DNA of 64,000 nt, taken from NCBI GenBank assembly GCA_963826115.1, contig CAWGVS010000008.1, forward strand, positions 1 to 64,000. Reading direction: 5' to 3'. The translations under genes and the position numbers were made by a program. Source of the DNA: an uncultured Candidatus Rokubacteria bacterium. Its GTDB lineage: Bacteria; Methylomirabilota; Methylomirabilia; Rokubacteriales; DASRDR01. The first letter of the stretch is position 1, and every line of letters begins with the position of its first letter. Of this stretch, positions 45,572 to 55,018 are shown piece after piece. Under the pieces are notes generated by a model. It saw only the letters and a program-made list of their open reading frames with translations. It was not told where the DNA came from and did not search any database.

Positions 45572-46912
45572 CTACTTGGCGGTGCGCTCGAACTGCCGCA
45601 GGAGCTCGTTCCCGCGCTTGACGATCGCGTCCAGCGCGTCCTTGGGAGTCTTCTTGCCCGCCCAGACGGCCTCCAGCTCCTCGTCCATCACGTCGCGGAT
45701 CTGGACGTAGTTGCCGAAACGCAGCCCCTTGGAGTTGTCCGTGGGCGGCTTGTTGTTCATCTGGCGGATCGAGGTGTCGGTGCCCGGATTCTTCTCGTAG
45801 AACCCCTGCTTCTTCGTCAGCTCGTAGGCGGCGAGGGTGATCGGGAGGTACCCGGTCCGCTGGTGCGAGGCCGCCTGGACCTCGGGTGACGACAGGTAGG
45901 AGAAGAACCGCGCCACGCCCTTGTACTCCTCCGGCTTGTGGCCGGACAGCACCCAGAGGGTCGCCCCGCCGATGATCGAGTTCTGGGGCGCGCCGGCGAC
46001 GTCCGGCCAGTAGGGCATCATGCTGATCCCGAACTCGAACTTCCCCTGGGTCGCTTTCACGAAGCCCGCGTAGGACGCCGACGAGGCCAGGAACATCCCG
46101 CATTCCCCGGTCGCGAACTTCGGGTTCGCGTCGCCCTTGCGCCCGCCGTAGTCGAAGGTCTTCGTCTTCTGCCACTGCGCGAGCTGGTCGATGATCCGCA
46201 CGTGGAGCGGAGTGTTGAGGAGAAGCTCGGTGTCGAAGCCGGCGAAGCCGTTCTGCTTGGTCCCGATCGGCACATTGTGCCAGGCCGAGTAGTTCTCGAG
46301 CAGGATCCACTGCTGCCACTGGCTGCTGAAGCCGCAGGGCAGCCCCGCCGCCTGGAGCTTCTTTCCGTAGTCGCCCATCTCCGGCCACGTGCGCGGCGGC
46401 TTGTTCGGGTCGAGCCCCGCCTTCTTGAAGGCGTCCTTGTTGTAGTAGAGGACCGGCGTCGAGCTGTTCAGCGGGAGGGACAGCATCCGGCCGTCGGCGG
46501 TCGTGTAGTAGCCGGTGACCGCGGGCAGGTAGACCTTCGGATCGAACTTCTCGCCGGCGTCCGCCATGAGCTCGTAGACCGGCTTGATGGCGCCCTTCGC
46601 CGCCATCATCGTCGCCGTCCCCACCTCGAAGACCTGCACGATGTGGGGCTGCTGCTTGGCGCGGAACGCCGCGATCGCGCCGGTCATGACCTCGGTGTAG
46701 TTGCCCTTGTAGACGACGTTGACGTGGTACTCGGACTGCGACTTGTTGAACCCTTCCCCGAGATCCTTCACCCACTCCTCGAGCGGGCCGTCCATCGCGT
46801 GCCACCACTGGATCTCGACCACAGCCTCCGCCCGGCCCGCTCCGGGGCCGGCGACGAGCCCGAGCGCGACGAGCGCGACGAGCAGGGGGAACCAGCGTGC
46901 CGATCGCATCAT
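45572..46912 (-). CDS. ugpB: sn-glycerol-3-phosphate binding protein UgpB
   Basis: IQWWHAM, VQVFEVGTATMM, NSSTPVLYYNKD, NSIIGGATLW. Confidence 0.94.
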   Translation of the reverse strand: MMRSARWFPLLVALVALGLVAGPGAGRAEAVVEIQWWHAMDGPLEEWVKDLGEGFNKSQSEYHVNVVYKGNYTEVMTGAIAAFRAKQQPHIVQVFEVGTATMMAAKGAIKPVYELMADAGEKFDPKVYLPAVTGYYTTADGRMLSLPLNSSTPVLYYNKDAFKKAGLDPNKPPRTWPEMGDYGKKLQAAGLPCGFSSQWQQWILLENYSAWHNVPIGTKQNGFAGFDTELLLNTPLHVRIIDQLAQWQKTKTFDYGGRKGDANPKFATGECGMFLASSASYAGFVKATQGKFEFGISMMPYWPDVAGAPQNSIIGGATLWVLSGHKPEEYKGVARFFSYLSSPEVQAASHQRTGYLPITLAAYELTKKQGFYEKNPGTDTSIRQMNNKPPTDNSKGLRFGNYVQIRDVMDEELEAVWAGKKTPKDALDAIVKRGNELLRQFERTAK

Positions 46913-46981
46913 GGCCTGCGCCCTCCCACGTCTATGAGTGGTCTCGGTCGGGGAGTCTCGTTTCGGTCGATCCGCGCGCCC

Positions 46982-47015
46982 ATCATACTCGGGTTCCGTG
47001 ACGCCCGCGCGACGC
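46982..47015 (-). promoter_or_regulatory. Putative ugpB promoter with pho-box-like direct repeat
   Basis: GCGTCGC-N4-GCGTCAC, then 10 nt, then TATGAT. Confidence 0.45.
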
Positions 47016-47024
47016 GGCCGGGTC

Positions 47025-48701
47025 TCACTCGCCGCGGAACCGGAGGCCCTGGCGGACGGTGCTCTCGTAGGCGTCCAGCTCCGCCTCGACGCGTCGGGGG
47101 CTCCAGCCGAGGAGCGCCCCCATCCGCTGCGCGATGGCCGGCGCGCAGTCCAGGCCGAGGCACGGGCCGGTCCCCAGCCCCGTTCGGCGGAGGAGCACGT
47201 CCTGGAGGGAGACCCCGAGTTCGTTCTCCACCGCCCAGTGCAGCTGCGCCACGACCTCCGGCGCGTTCTTGCAGAGGCGCTCGGTCCCGCCGGGCAGGCG
47301 ACGGGCCAGGTCGAGGACCGCGCCCGCGCGGCGGCCGTAGGTCGTCACGAGCATCTCGATCTGCTCGGGCTCGAGGCCGGAGCTCCGCACGGCCTCGGTC
47401 ACGTCCAGCATGGCCCGCACCTCGAGGGCGCCCGCCTCGTCGTCCTGCCCGTCGAGCGTGATGCGCGCGGTGTCCGACGGCCCGCCATGGCCCAGGAGCC
47501 GCGCGACGGTGCGGCCGACCCCCTCGGCCAGACTCCGGAAGCACGTGAGCTTGGTGCCCGTGACGGACAGGAAGCGGCCGCCCGGCCCCTCCGGGACCAC
47601 CCGGTGCTGGCGCGAGACCGCCGAGGCGCGCGCCCCGGCCGACCCGTCGAACGTGAGCGGCCGCACGCCGGCATACGTGTACGCGATGTTCGACTCGGTG
47701 ATCCGCGGGTCCGCGAGGAGGCCGCGCGCCGCTTCGAGGAGGTACGCGACGTCGGCCTTGGTCGCCCAGACGCGGTCGGGACTCTCCGCGTAGTCGGTGT
47801 CGGTCGTGCCGACCAGCGAGAACTCGCGCCACGGGATCACGAAGACCAGGCGGTCGTCCCGCGTTGCGAGGTAGATGGCGCGGTCGGTCAAGCGCGGGAG
47901 CAGGATGTGGGCGCCCTTCGTGGTCCGGAGGATCCGCTCGCCGCGATCCTCGACGCCCGCGCGCGCGCGGACGCGGTCGACCCACGGCCCGGCGGCGTTG
48001 ACGAGCACTCGCCCGTGGAGGTCGATCACGTCGCCGCCGACGAGGTCCCGGACGCGCACGGTCCATCCGCCGTCCGGCCGTCGCTGGAACTCCTCCGCCT
48101 GCACGTAGTTGAGCGCGTGCGCGCCGGCCCGCCGCGCGGACAGCACGTTCTCGAGACACAGGCGCTCGGGCGAGAGCAGGAGGTCGTCGAAGTAGTAGCC
48201 GGCGCCCACCAGCCCCTCCGGCCGGATCGACGGCTCGAGCGCGCCCGCCCGCGCGGCGTCCACCGTCCCGTAGCGCGGCGTCCGCTTGCCCGGCGTCAGG
48301 AGGTCGTAGAGGCGCAGCCCGAGCCGCACCTTGACCAGGCTGCGCGGGCCGTCCCGATAGACGGGCATCAGGAACGGCAGCGGCCGGATGAGATGGGGAG
48401 CGAGGCGGGCCAGCGTCTCGCGCTCGCGCAGCGACTCCCGCACCAGGCGGAAGTCGAAAAGCTCGAGGTAGCGGAGCCCGCCGTGGATCAGCTTCGACGA
48501 GCGGGACGTCGTCCCCGCCGCGAAGTCGGTCTTCTCCACGAGCACGCACGAGAGCCCGCGGTGGGCCAGGTCCCGCGCGACGCCCGCGCCCGCCATGCCG
48601 CCGCCGACGATGACGGCGTCGAACACGTCCCGGTCGAGCCCCGCCAGGCGGCCCGGCGTCGCGCTGCGGACGGGCGCGGCGTCCCCGGCCCGGTCGCTCA
48701 T
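47025..48701 (-). CDS. glpD: FAD-dependent glycerol-3-phosphate dehydrogenase
   Basis: VGGGMAG, GTTSRSSKLIHGGLRYL, NAAGPW, GTTD, AGVRPL. Confidence 0.93.
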   Translation of the reverse strand: MSDRAGDAAPVRSATPGRLAGLDRDVFDAVIVGGGMAGAGVARDLAHRGLSCVLVEKTDFAAGTTSRSSKLIHGGLRYLELFDFRLVRESLRERETLARLAPHLIRPLPFLMPVYRDGPRSLVKVRLGLRLYDLLTPGKRTPRYGTVDAARAGALEPSIRPEGLVGAGYYFDDLLLSPERLCLENVLSARRAGAHALNYVQAEEFQRRPDGGWTVRVRDLVGGDVIDLHGRVLVNAAGPWVDRVRARAGVEDRGERILRTTKGAHILLPRLTDRAIYLATRDDRLVFVIPWREFSLVGTTDTDYAESPDRVWATKADVAYLLEAARGLLADPRITESNIAYTYAGVRPLTFDGSAGARASAVSRQHRVVPEGPGGRFLSVTGTKLTCFRSLAEGVGRTVARLLGHGGPSDTARITLDGQDDEAGALEVRAMLDVTEAVRSSGLEPEQIEMLVTTYGRRAGAVLDLARRLPGGTERLCKNAPEVVAQLHWAVENELGVSLQDVLLRRTGLGTGPCLGLDCAPAIAQRMGALLGWSPRRVEAELDAYESTVRQGLRFRGE

Positions 48702-49513
48702 CGCGCCGCGCTCCGCGGCGCCGCGACCCCGTCGAGGAGGTCGCCGAGGGACTCGAGGACGTGATCGGGGCGCCAGCCCGCGATCGCCGGATCGCCCGCC
48801 CGCGTGACGCCGGTGAGGACGAGGATCGTGCCGAGCCCCGCCGCGCGGCCCATGGCGATGTCGGTCTCGAGCCGGTCCCCGACGATCGCGCACTCGCCCG
48901 CGGGCAGGCCGAGCTGGTCGAGGGCCACCCGGAGCGTGATCGGCGACGGCTTCCCGACCACCGGATCGACGCGCCGGCCCGTCACGCCCTCCACCGCGCC
49001 GATCATCCCGGCGGCGTCCGGGATCTCCCCGCCCTCGACCGGACACGTGCGGTCCGGGTTGGTGCCGACGAGACGGGCCCCGTGTCGCGTGACCGCCTGG
49101 AGCGCCACGTCGAGCTTCCGGTAGTCGAACGTCCGGTCGAACGCCACCACGACGTAGTCTACCCTGGCGTCGTCGACCGGCGCGAGGCCGGCCGCCCGCA
49201 GCTCCTCGACGAGCGGGGGCTCGCCGATCACGAAGCAGCGCGCCCCGGGCGCCTCACGGGCGAGGTAGCGCGCCAGGACGTACGAGGAGTTGATCACCTC
49301 GTCGCCGCCGGTGGGAACGCCGAGCCGCGTGAGCTTCGCCGCGTAGTCCGCGCGGCTCTGGATGGGCTTGTTGGACAGGAACCCCACCCGGCGCCCCGCG
49401 GCGCGGAGCGCCGCGATCGCCTCGCGCGCGCCGGGGAGGAGCCGCTCGCCGAGATACACCGTGCCGTCCAGGTCGAGGAGGAACCCCCGGTAGGGGAAGC
49501 GGGGGGAGATCAC
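48698..49513 (-). CDS. HAD-IIA (NagD-like) phosphatase
   Basis: LDLDGTVY, SN, TNPD, GKP, GDRLETDI, VLTG. Confidence 0.93.
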   Translation of the reverse strand: MISPRFPYRGFLLDLDGTVYLGERLLPGAREAIAALRAAGRRVGFLSNKPIQSRADYAAKLTRLGVPTGGDEVINSSYVLARYLAREAPGARCFVIGEPPLVEELRAAGLAPVDDARVDYVVVAFDRTFDYRKLDVALQAVTRHGARLVGTNPDRTCPVEGGEIPDAAGMIGAVEGVTGRRVDPVVGKPSPITLRVALDQLGLPAGECAIVGDRLETDIAMGRAAGLGTILVLTGVTRAGDPAIAGWRPDHVLESLGDLLDGVAAPRSAAR

Positions 49514-49518
49514 GGCCC

Positions 49519-49548
49519 ATTCTGGGCGGGCGTTCCGAGGGGTGTCAA
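49519..49548 (-). promoter_or_regulatory. Putative leaderless promoter of HAD-glpD
   Basis: TTGACA-18 nt-CAGAAT, 5 nt before the GTG start. Confidence 0.6.
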
Positions 49549-49614
49549 GGCAAGTGGTCTGGCGCGGTGTACCGCGGTACAGCTGGGGTCGGCGGGGCCT
49601 CGATGCCCCGCGCG

Positions 49615-50013
49615 TCAGGGACGAATGCGAACGACCGCGACGGCCTCGATCTCGACCAGGAGGCCTGGGAGGGCGAGCCGGCTGACCTCGACCAGAGTGC
49701 TCGCCGGGCGGTTCGCGCCGAAGTACGCCTGGCGGACCTCGTTGACCCGTGGCCGGTCGTCCACGTTCGCCAGGAAGACCGTGACCTTCACGACATCGTC
49801 GAGGGTCGCGCCGCCCGCGGCGAGGACCCGCCGGATGTTCTCGAGCACCTGGCGGGTCTGGGCGACGACGTCGCCCGGGCCGACGAGGCGCCCCTCGCCG
49901 TCGAGCGCCACCTGCCCCGAGACGTAGACCGTGTCGCCGATCTTGACCCCGTTCGAGTAGTGGCTGATCGGGGCGGGCAAGCCGGGCGGGTTGAGGAGCG
50001 TGTGACCGGGCAC
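49615..50013 (-). CDS. RidA/YjgF family protein
   Basis: YS.GV, YVSGQV, DVVKVTVFL, PASTLVEV, VEIEAVA. Confidence 0.9.
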   Translation of the reverse strand: MPGHTLLNPPGLPAPISHYSNGVKIGDTVYVSGQVALDGEGRLVGPGDVVAQTRQVLENIRRVLAAGGATLDDVVKVTVFLANVDDRPRVNEVRQAYFGANRPASTLVEVSRLALPGLLVEIEAVAVVRIRP

Positions 50014-50021
50014 GGCGCGCC

Positions 50022-51476
50022 CTACGGGAGGAGCGGGGCCACGGCGCGCTGGGCCATCGCCAGAACCGGTCCCGGCCAGAGGCCGAGCTGGAGCGTGACC
50101 CAGGCGGACACGAGGAGCGCGATCGACGCCGCCGGGGTCACGAGGGCCGTCGTCGGCGCCCCCTCGGGCTCGCGCATGTACATGTAGACGATGAGGCGCA
50201 GGTAGTAGTACGCCGCCACCACCGAGTTCAGGACCGCGATCACCGCCAGCCCGACGAGCCCGCGCTGGATCGCCGCGCTGAAGAGGTAGAACTTCCCGAC
50301 GAACCCGGCCGTGGGCGGCATCCCGATCAGCGCCAGCAGGAAGACCGTGAGGCCGAGCGCGAGGATCGGGTGGCGCCCGGCCAGGCCGCCGTAGGCGGCG
50401 AGGTCCACGGCCTCCTCCCCCTCGCGCTCGAGCAGCAGGATCGTGCCGAAGGCCCCGACCGACGCGGCGGCGTAGACGCCCAGGTAGAAGAGCACCGCCG
50501 GCGCGCCCGGCCCGAGACCGGCGGCGAGGCCCACCAGCATGTAGCCCACGTGGGCGATCGAGGAGTAGGCGAGGAGACGCTTCACGTTGGACTGGGCGAG
50601 CGCCACCACGTTGCCGACCGTCATCGTGAGCGCTGCCATCAGCCAGAGGGCCGCCGCCCAGTCCGCCTGGAGGGCCTGCATCGCGACCAGGACCCGGAGG
50701 AGCGCCCCGAAGGCGGCGGCCTTCGAGCCGGTGGCGATGAACGCCGCCACCGCGGTGGGCGCCCCCTGATAGACGTCGGGCGCCCACTGGTGGAAGGGCA
50801 CCGCGGAGGTCTTGAACCCGAACCCGACGAGCAGCAGGGCCAGACCCGCCAGGACCATCGGGTCGCGCGCCACGCCCGGGACCGCGAGGGCCGTGCCGAG
50901 GCGCGCGAGGTTGGTGGTCCCCGTCGCGCCGAAGAGGAGCGCGATCCCGTACAGGAAGAAGCCGCTGGCGAAGGCGCCGAGCAGGAAGTACTTCAGCGCG
51001 GCCTCGTTGCCCTCGACCCGCGTCCGGAAGGTGCCGGCGAGGACGTAGAGGGAGAGGGACATGAGCTCGAGCGCGAGGAAGATGACGAGGAGGTCCGTCC
51101 CGGCCGCCATGAGCATCATGCCGATGGTGGCGAACAGCACCAGCGCGTAGTACTCGCCGGGGGCCACGCCGAGGCGCGGCAGGTAGCCCACGGACAGGAG
51201 CAGCACGAGGACGGCCGCGCCGCCAATGACCACGTTGAGGAACAGGGTCGGGCCGTCCACGACGACCATCCCCTGGAAGCTCGACGCCGGGCCGCCCCAG
51301 AGGAGCGCCGACACGACCACCGCCCCGGCCACGCCGAGGATCCCGGTGGCGGCGAGCACCCCCGGCCGCCCGCCGCCGGGCGTCGCGTCGAGAAGGAGGC
51401 AGGCGAAGCACGCCACGACCACGATGATGACCGGGTAGAGCGCCGGCCAGTCGAGGGTCGGCAGGCCCGCCGTCAC
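50022..51476 (-). CDS. nuoN: NADH-quinone oxidoreductase subunit N
   Basis: EAALKYFLLG, FK.SAVPFHQWAPDVYQGAPT, KRLLAYSSIAH. Confidence 0.95.
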   Translation of the reverse strand: MTAGLPTLDWPALYPVIIVVVACFACLLLDATPGGGRPGVLAATGILGVAGAVVVSALLWGGPASSFQGMVVVDGPTLFLNVVIGGAAVLVLLLSVGYLPRLGVAPGEYYALVLFATIGMMLMAAGTDLLVIFLALELMSLSLYVLAGTFRTRVEGNEAALKYFLLGAFASGFFLYGIALLFGATGTTNLARLGTALAVPGVARDPMVLAGLALLLVGFGFKTSAVPFHQWAPDVYQGAPTAVAAFIATGSKAAAFGALLRVLVAMQALQADWAAALWLMAALTMTVGNVVALAQSNVKRLLAYSSIAHVGYMLVGLAAGLGPGAPAVLFYLGVYAAASVGAFGTILLLEREGEEAVDLAAYGGLAGRHPILALGLTVFLLALIGMPPTAGFVGKFYLFSAAIQRGLVGLAVIAVLNSVVAAYYYLRLIVYMYMREPEGAPTTALVTPAASIALLVSAWVTLQLGLWPGPVLAMAQRAVAPLLP

Positions 51477-53008
51477 CGCCCGACCGTCCCCGCGCCGGCG
51501 TGCCAGGCCACGGGCGCCGTCACCGGCGCGGCCGCCGCGCGCTTGTCCTTGATCACCTGGAGCAGCTCGGCCACCGCCGTCTCGGTCACCGCCGTGAAGG
51601 GCTTCGGGTAGACGCCGATCCACACGATCAGGAGCAGGATCGGGACCAGCGTCCAGATCTCCCGCGCGTTCAGGTCGACCAGCCGGCGGTTCTCCTCGTG
51701 GCGCACCTCGCCGAAGATGACGCGCTGGTACATCCACAGGAGGTACACCGCGGCGAAGACGATGCCGGCCGTCCCGAGGACCGCCACCGGCCGGCTCCAC
51801 TGGAACGCCCCGACCAGGATGAGGAACTCGCCCACGAAGCCGTTGAGACCGGGCAGGCCCACCGACGAGAACGTCACGACCATCAGGATTGCCGAGAACA
51901 CGGGCACGATGGCCCAGAGCCCGCCGAAGTCCGCGATGAGGCGGGAGTGGCGCCGCTCGTAGAGCATCCCGATGAGGAGGAAGAGGGCGCCGGTCGAGAG
52001 CCCGTGGTTGACCATCTGGATGATGCCGCCCACCAGCCCCTGGACCGTGAACGTGAACAGTCCGAGCATCACGAAGCCGAGGTGGCTCACCGACGAGTAG
52101 GCGACCAGCTTCTTCATGTCGGGCTGCACCGTGGACACCCAGGCGCCGTACAGGATGCCGATCAGGGCGAGGGCCACGACGACCGGGGCCAGCCGCACCG
52201 CCGCGTCCGGAAAGAGCGGCAGGCCGAAGCGAAGGAAGCCGTAGGTCCCCATCTTGAGGAGGACGCCGGCCAGGATCACGCTGCCCGCGGTGGGCGCCTC
52301 GACGTGCGCGTCGGGGAGCCAGGTGTGGAACGGGAACATCGGCACCTTGATCGCGAAGGCGAGCGCGAAGGCGAGGAAGAGCACGGTCTGGAGCCCGGGG
52401 TCGATGCGGAGCTGCAGCGCGGCGCCGTAGTCGAACGACGCCGACCCCCGGTCCTGCAGGAAGTAGAGGGTCAGGATGGCCAGGAGCATCAGGGCGGAGC
52501 CGGCCATCGTGTACAGGATGAACTTCACCGCCGCGTAGACGCGGCGCGGCCCGCCCCAGACCCCGATGATCAGGTACATCGGGATCAGCATCGCCTCCCA
52601 GAAGACGAAGAAGAGGAACAGGTCGAGGGCCACGAAGACGCCGAGCATCCCCGTCTCCAGGAGGCACATCGCCACCAGGAACTCCTTCACCCGCGTGGTG
52701 ATCTGCGTCCAGGCGGACAGGAGACAGAGCGGCGTGAGAAGGGTCGTCAGGAGGACGAGGAGGAGGCTGATGCCGTCGACCCCGAGGTGGTAGCTGATCC
52801 CGGCGCCCGGGATCCACGCGCGCTGCTCGGCGAATTGCATGCCCGGCCGCGCGCGGTCGAAGCCGATCCAGAGGAGCATCGAGACCGCGAACGTGGCGGT
52901 GGTGACGGCGAGCGCGACCTGGCGCAGGCGGCGCGTGTCCCGCCCGTCGAGGAGCAGGAGGGCCAGGGCCCCCAGGGTCGGGAGCCAGACGAGCGTGCTC
53001 AGCAGCAC
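51473..53008 (-). CDS. nuoM: NADH-quinone oxidoreductase subunit M
   Basis: GVDGIS, FWEAMLIPM, HTWLPDAHVEAPT, LKMGTYG, AYSSVSH. Confidence 0.96.
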   Translation of the reverse strand: MLLSTLVWLPTLGALALLLLDGRDTRRLRQVALAVTTATFAVSMLLWIGFDRARPGMQFAEQRAWIPGAGISYHLGVDGISLLLVLLTTLLTPLCLLSAWTQITTRVKEFLVAMCLLETGMLGVFVALDLFLFFVFWEAMLIPMYLIIGVWGGPRRVYAAVKFILYTMAGSALMLLAILTLYFLQDRGSASFDYGAALQLRIDPGLQTVLFLAFALAFAIKVPMFPFHTWLPDAHVEAPTAGSVILAGVLLKMGTYGFLRFGLPLFPDAAVRLAPVVVALALIGILYGAWVSTVQPDMKKLVAYSSVSHLGFVMLGLFTFTVQGLVGGIIQMVNHGLSTGALFLLIGMLYERRHSRLIADFGGLWAIVPVFSAILMVVTFSSVGLPGLNGFVGEFLILVGAFQWSRPVAVLGTAGIVFAAVYLLWMYQRVIFGEVRHEENRRLVDLNAREIWTLVPILLLIVWIGVYPKPFTAVTETAVAELLQVIKDKRAAAAPVTAPVAWHAGAGTVGR

Positions 53009-53018
53009 CGGGCCCGCC

Positions 53019-54902
53019 TCATCGCGGCCAGAGGAACCAGCCGAGGAGCGCCACCACGCCCGCCAGCATCGAGAGCGCGTAGTTCATGACGAAGCCGGTC
53101 TGGTAGCGCCGGAGCCGTCCCGCGGCGCGCCCGACCACGGCCGCCACGCCGTTCACGGCGCCGTCGATCACGCCGGCGTCGAAGGTCTCGGCGCACCAGC
53201 GCGAGAGCGCGAACAGCGGGCGGACGAAGAGGCGGTCGTAGAGCTCGTCCACGTAGTACTTGTTGAGCAGCACCCGGTGCAGCCCGCTCTGCGGCACCCC
53301 GATCTTCGCGAGATCCGCGCGCCCCCGCACGTAGAGCTGCCACGCCACGGTGAGCCCGGCGAGGCTGGCCACCACCGACACCACCATCAGCGCCCAGGAC
53401 GGCCCGTGATGGGCGCCCTCCGCGGCGTGGCCTCCGCCCAGCACCGGGGCGAGGAAGCGGTCGAGCGCGGTCCCGTGCTCCCCGGGCAGGCCCCACACGC
53501 CCGCCCCGGCCGCGAGCACGGCCAGGATGGCCAAGGGCGCCGTCATGACGGGCGGTGACTCGTGGACGTGGTGCGCGACCTCGTGGTCCACCCGCGAGTG
53601 CCCGAAGAACGCGAGCAGCACGAGCCGCCACATGTAGAAGGTGGTGAGGGCCGAGCCCACCAGGAGGAGCGCGAAGATCACCGGCTTCCCCGCGAAGTAG
53701 GCGCCCGCGAGGATCTCGTCCTTCGAGAAGAAGCCCGAGAAGGGCGGCAGACCGGAGATCGCCACCGTCGCCACCAGCATCGTGTAGAAGGTGACGGGGA
53801 GCTTCCGCCCGAGCCCGCCCATCTTCCGGAGGTCCTGCTCGCCCGACAGCGCGTGGATGACCGAGCCGGCGCCCAGGAAGAGGAGCGCCTTGAAGAACGC
53901 GTGGGTCACCAGGTGGAAGATGCCCGCGGTGTACGCGCCCACGCCGACGCCGACGAACATGTACCCCAGCTGGCTCACGGTCGAGTAGGCGAGGACGCGC
54001 TTGATGTCGGTCTGGACGAGGCCGATCGTCGCGGCGAACACCGCGGTGAGCACGCCGACCCACGCGACCACGTCGAGGGCCACGCCGGACCGCTCGAACA
54101 GGGTGTGCGCGCGCGCGACGAGGTACACGCCGGCCGTCACCATCGTCGCCGCGTGGATGAGGGCGGAGACCGGCGTCGGGCCCTCCATCGCGTCGGGCAG
54201 CCAGGTGTGGAGGGGCAGCTGCGCCGACTTCCCGCACGCGCCCATGAAGAGGAGCAGGCTGATCGCGGTGGCCGTCCCGACGGCCAAGGTCGGCGCCTTG
54301 GCGAACACCTCGGCGTACTCGAGCGTTCCGAGGCTCGTCCAGAGCAGCATGATCCCGAGCGCGAACCCGCAGTCCCCCACGCGGTTCACGATGAACGCCT
54401 TCTTGCCCGCGTTCGCCGCCGACTCCCGCGTGTACCAGAACCCGATCAGGAGGTAGCTGCAGAGACCCACCGCCTCCCAGAAGACGTAGAGAAGGAGGAA
54501 GTTCCCGGCGAGCACCAGCATGACCATCGAGAAGACGAAGAGGTTCAGGTAGGTGAAGAAGCGCGGGTAGTCGGGGTCGTCGCGCATGTAGCCGATCGAG
54601 TAGACGTGGATCAGAAACCCGACGCCGGTCACCACCAGCAGCATCACGGCCGACAGCTGGTCGAGCTGGAGGGTGAGCGGCGCGCGGAACGTCCCGGCCA
54701 CGATCCAGTCGACGAGCGACCCCGTGAACGTCTCGTGCTCCCGCCACACCCGGAGGAAGGCGAGGAGCGCCATCACGAACGCGAGGCCGACGGCGGGGGC
54801 CGCCACCCAGGACGCCCGGCGCCCGAGGCGGCGGCCGAGGGCGAGGTTGACGAGCGCGCCCGCGAGCGGCAACGCGGGGATCAACCAGACGAGGTGGATC
54901 AT
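53019..54902 (-). CDS. nuoL: NADH-quinone oxidoreductase subunit L
   Basis: KAFIVNRVGD, WLPDAMEGPTPVSALIHAATMV, HAFFKALLFL. Confidence 0.96.
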   Translation of the reverse strand: MIHLVWLIPALPLAGALVNLALGRRLGRRASWVAAPAVGLAFVMALLAFLRVWREHETFTGSLVDWIVAGTFRAPLTLQLDQLSAVMLLVVTGVGFLIHVYSIGYMRDDPDYPRFFTYLNLFVFSMVMLVLAGNFLLLYVFWEAVGLCSYLLIGFWYTRESAANAGKKAFIVNRVGDCGFALGIMLLWTSLGTLEYAEVFAKAPTLAVGTATAISLLLFMGACGKSAQLPLHTWLPDAMEGPTPVSALIHAATMVTAGVYLVARAHTLFERSGVALDVVAWVGVLTAVFAATIGLVQTDIKRVLAYSTVSQLGYMFVGVGVGAYTAGIFHLVTHAFFKALLFLGAGSVIHALSGEQDLRKMGGLGRKLPVTFYTMLVATVAISGLPPFSGFFSKDEILAGAYFAGKPVIFALLLVGSALTTFYMWRLVLLAFFGHSRVDHEVAHHVHESPPVMTAPLAILAVLAAGAGVWGLPGEHGTALDRFLAPVLGGGHAAEGAHHGPSWALMVVSVVASLAGLTVAWQLYVRGRADLAKIGVPQSGLHRVLLNKYYVDELYDRLFVRPLFALSRWCAETFDAGVIDGAVNGVAAVVGRAAGRLRRYQTGFVMNYALSMLAGVVALLGWFLWPR

Positions 54903-54933
54903 TCGTGTGCGGCCATCGGGTGCGGACGCAGCG

Positions 54934-54957
54934 CGGCCCGGGGCGCGCCCCGGGCCG
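54934..54957. repeat. Perfect 24-bp palindrome in the nuoL 5' UTR
   Basis: CGGCCCGGGGCGCGCCCCGGGCCG equals its own reverse complement. Confidence 0.85.
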
Positions 54958-54971
54958 TCGCGACGAGCCCT

Positions 54972-55000
54972 ACCCTAGCGGACCCCCCGGGGGGTGTCAA
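54972..55000 (-). promoter_or_regulatory. Sigma70 promoter of nuoLMN
   Basis: TTGACA-17 nt-TAGGGT. Confidence 0.7.
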
Positions 55001-55018
55001 GGCGAGCGCGCCCCGGCT

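Noticed and set aside
49615-52817. Apparent long fusion ORFs (931-aa NuoN, 598-aa RidA; likewise the over-long hisF, hisH, surA, mlaD and envC ORFs)
   Set aside because: The N-terminal parts are off-frame readings of the upstream gene. True starts lie at or just after the upstream stop codons.
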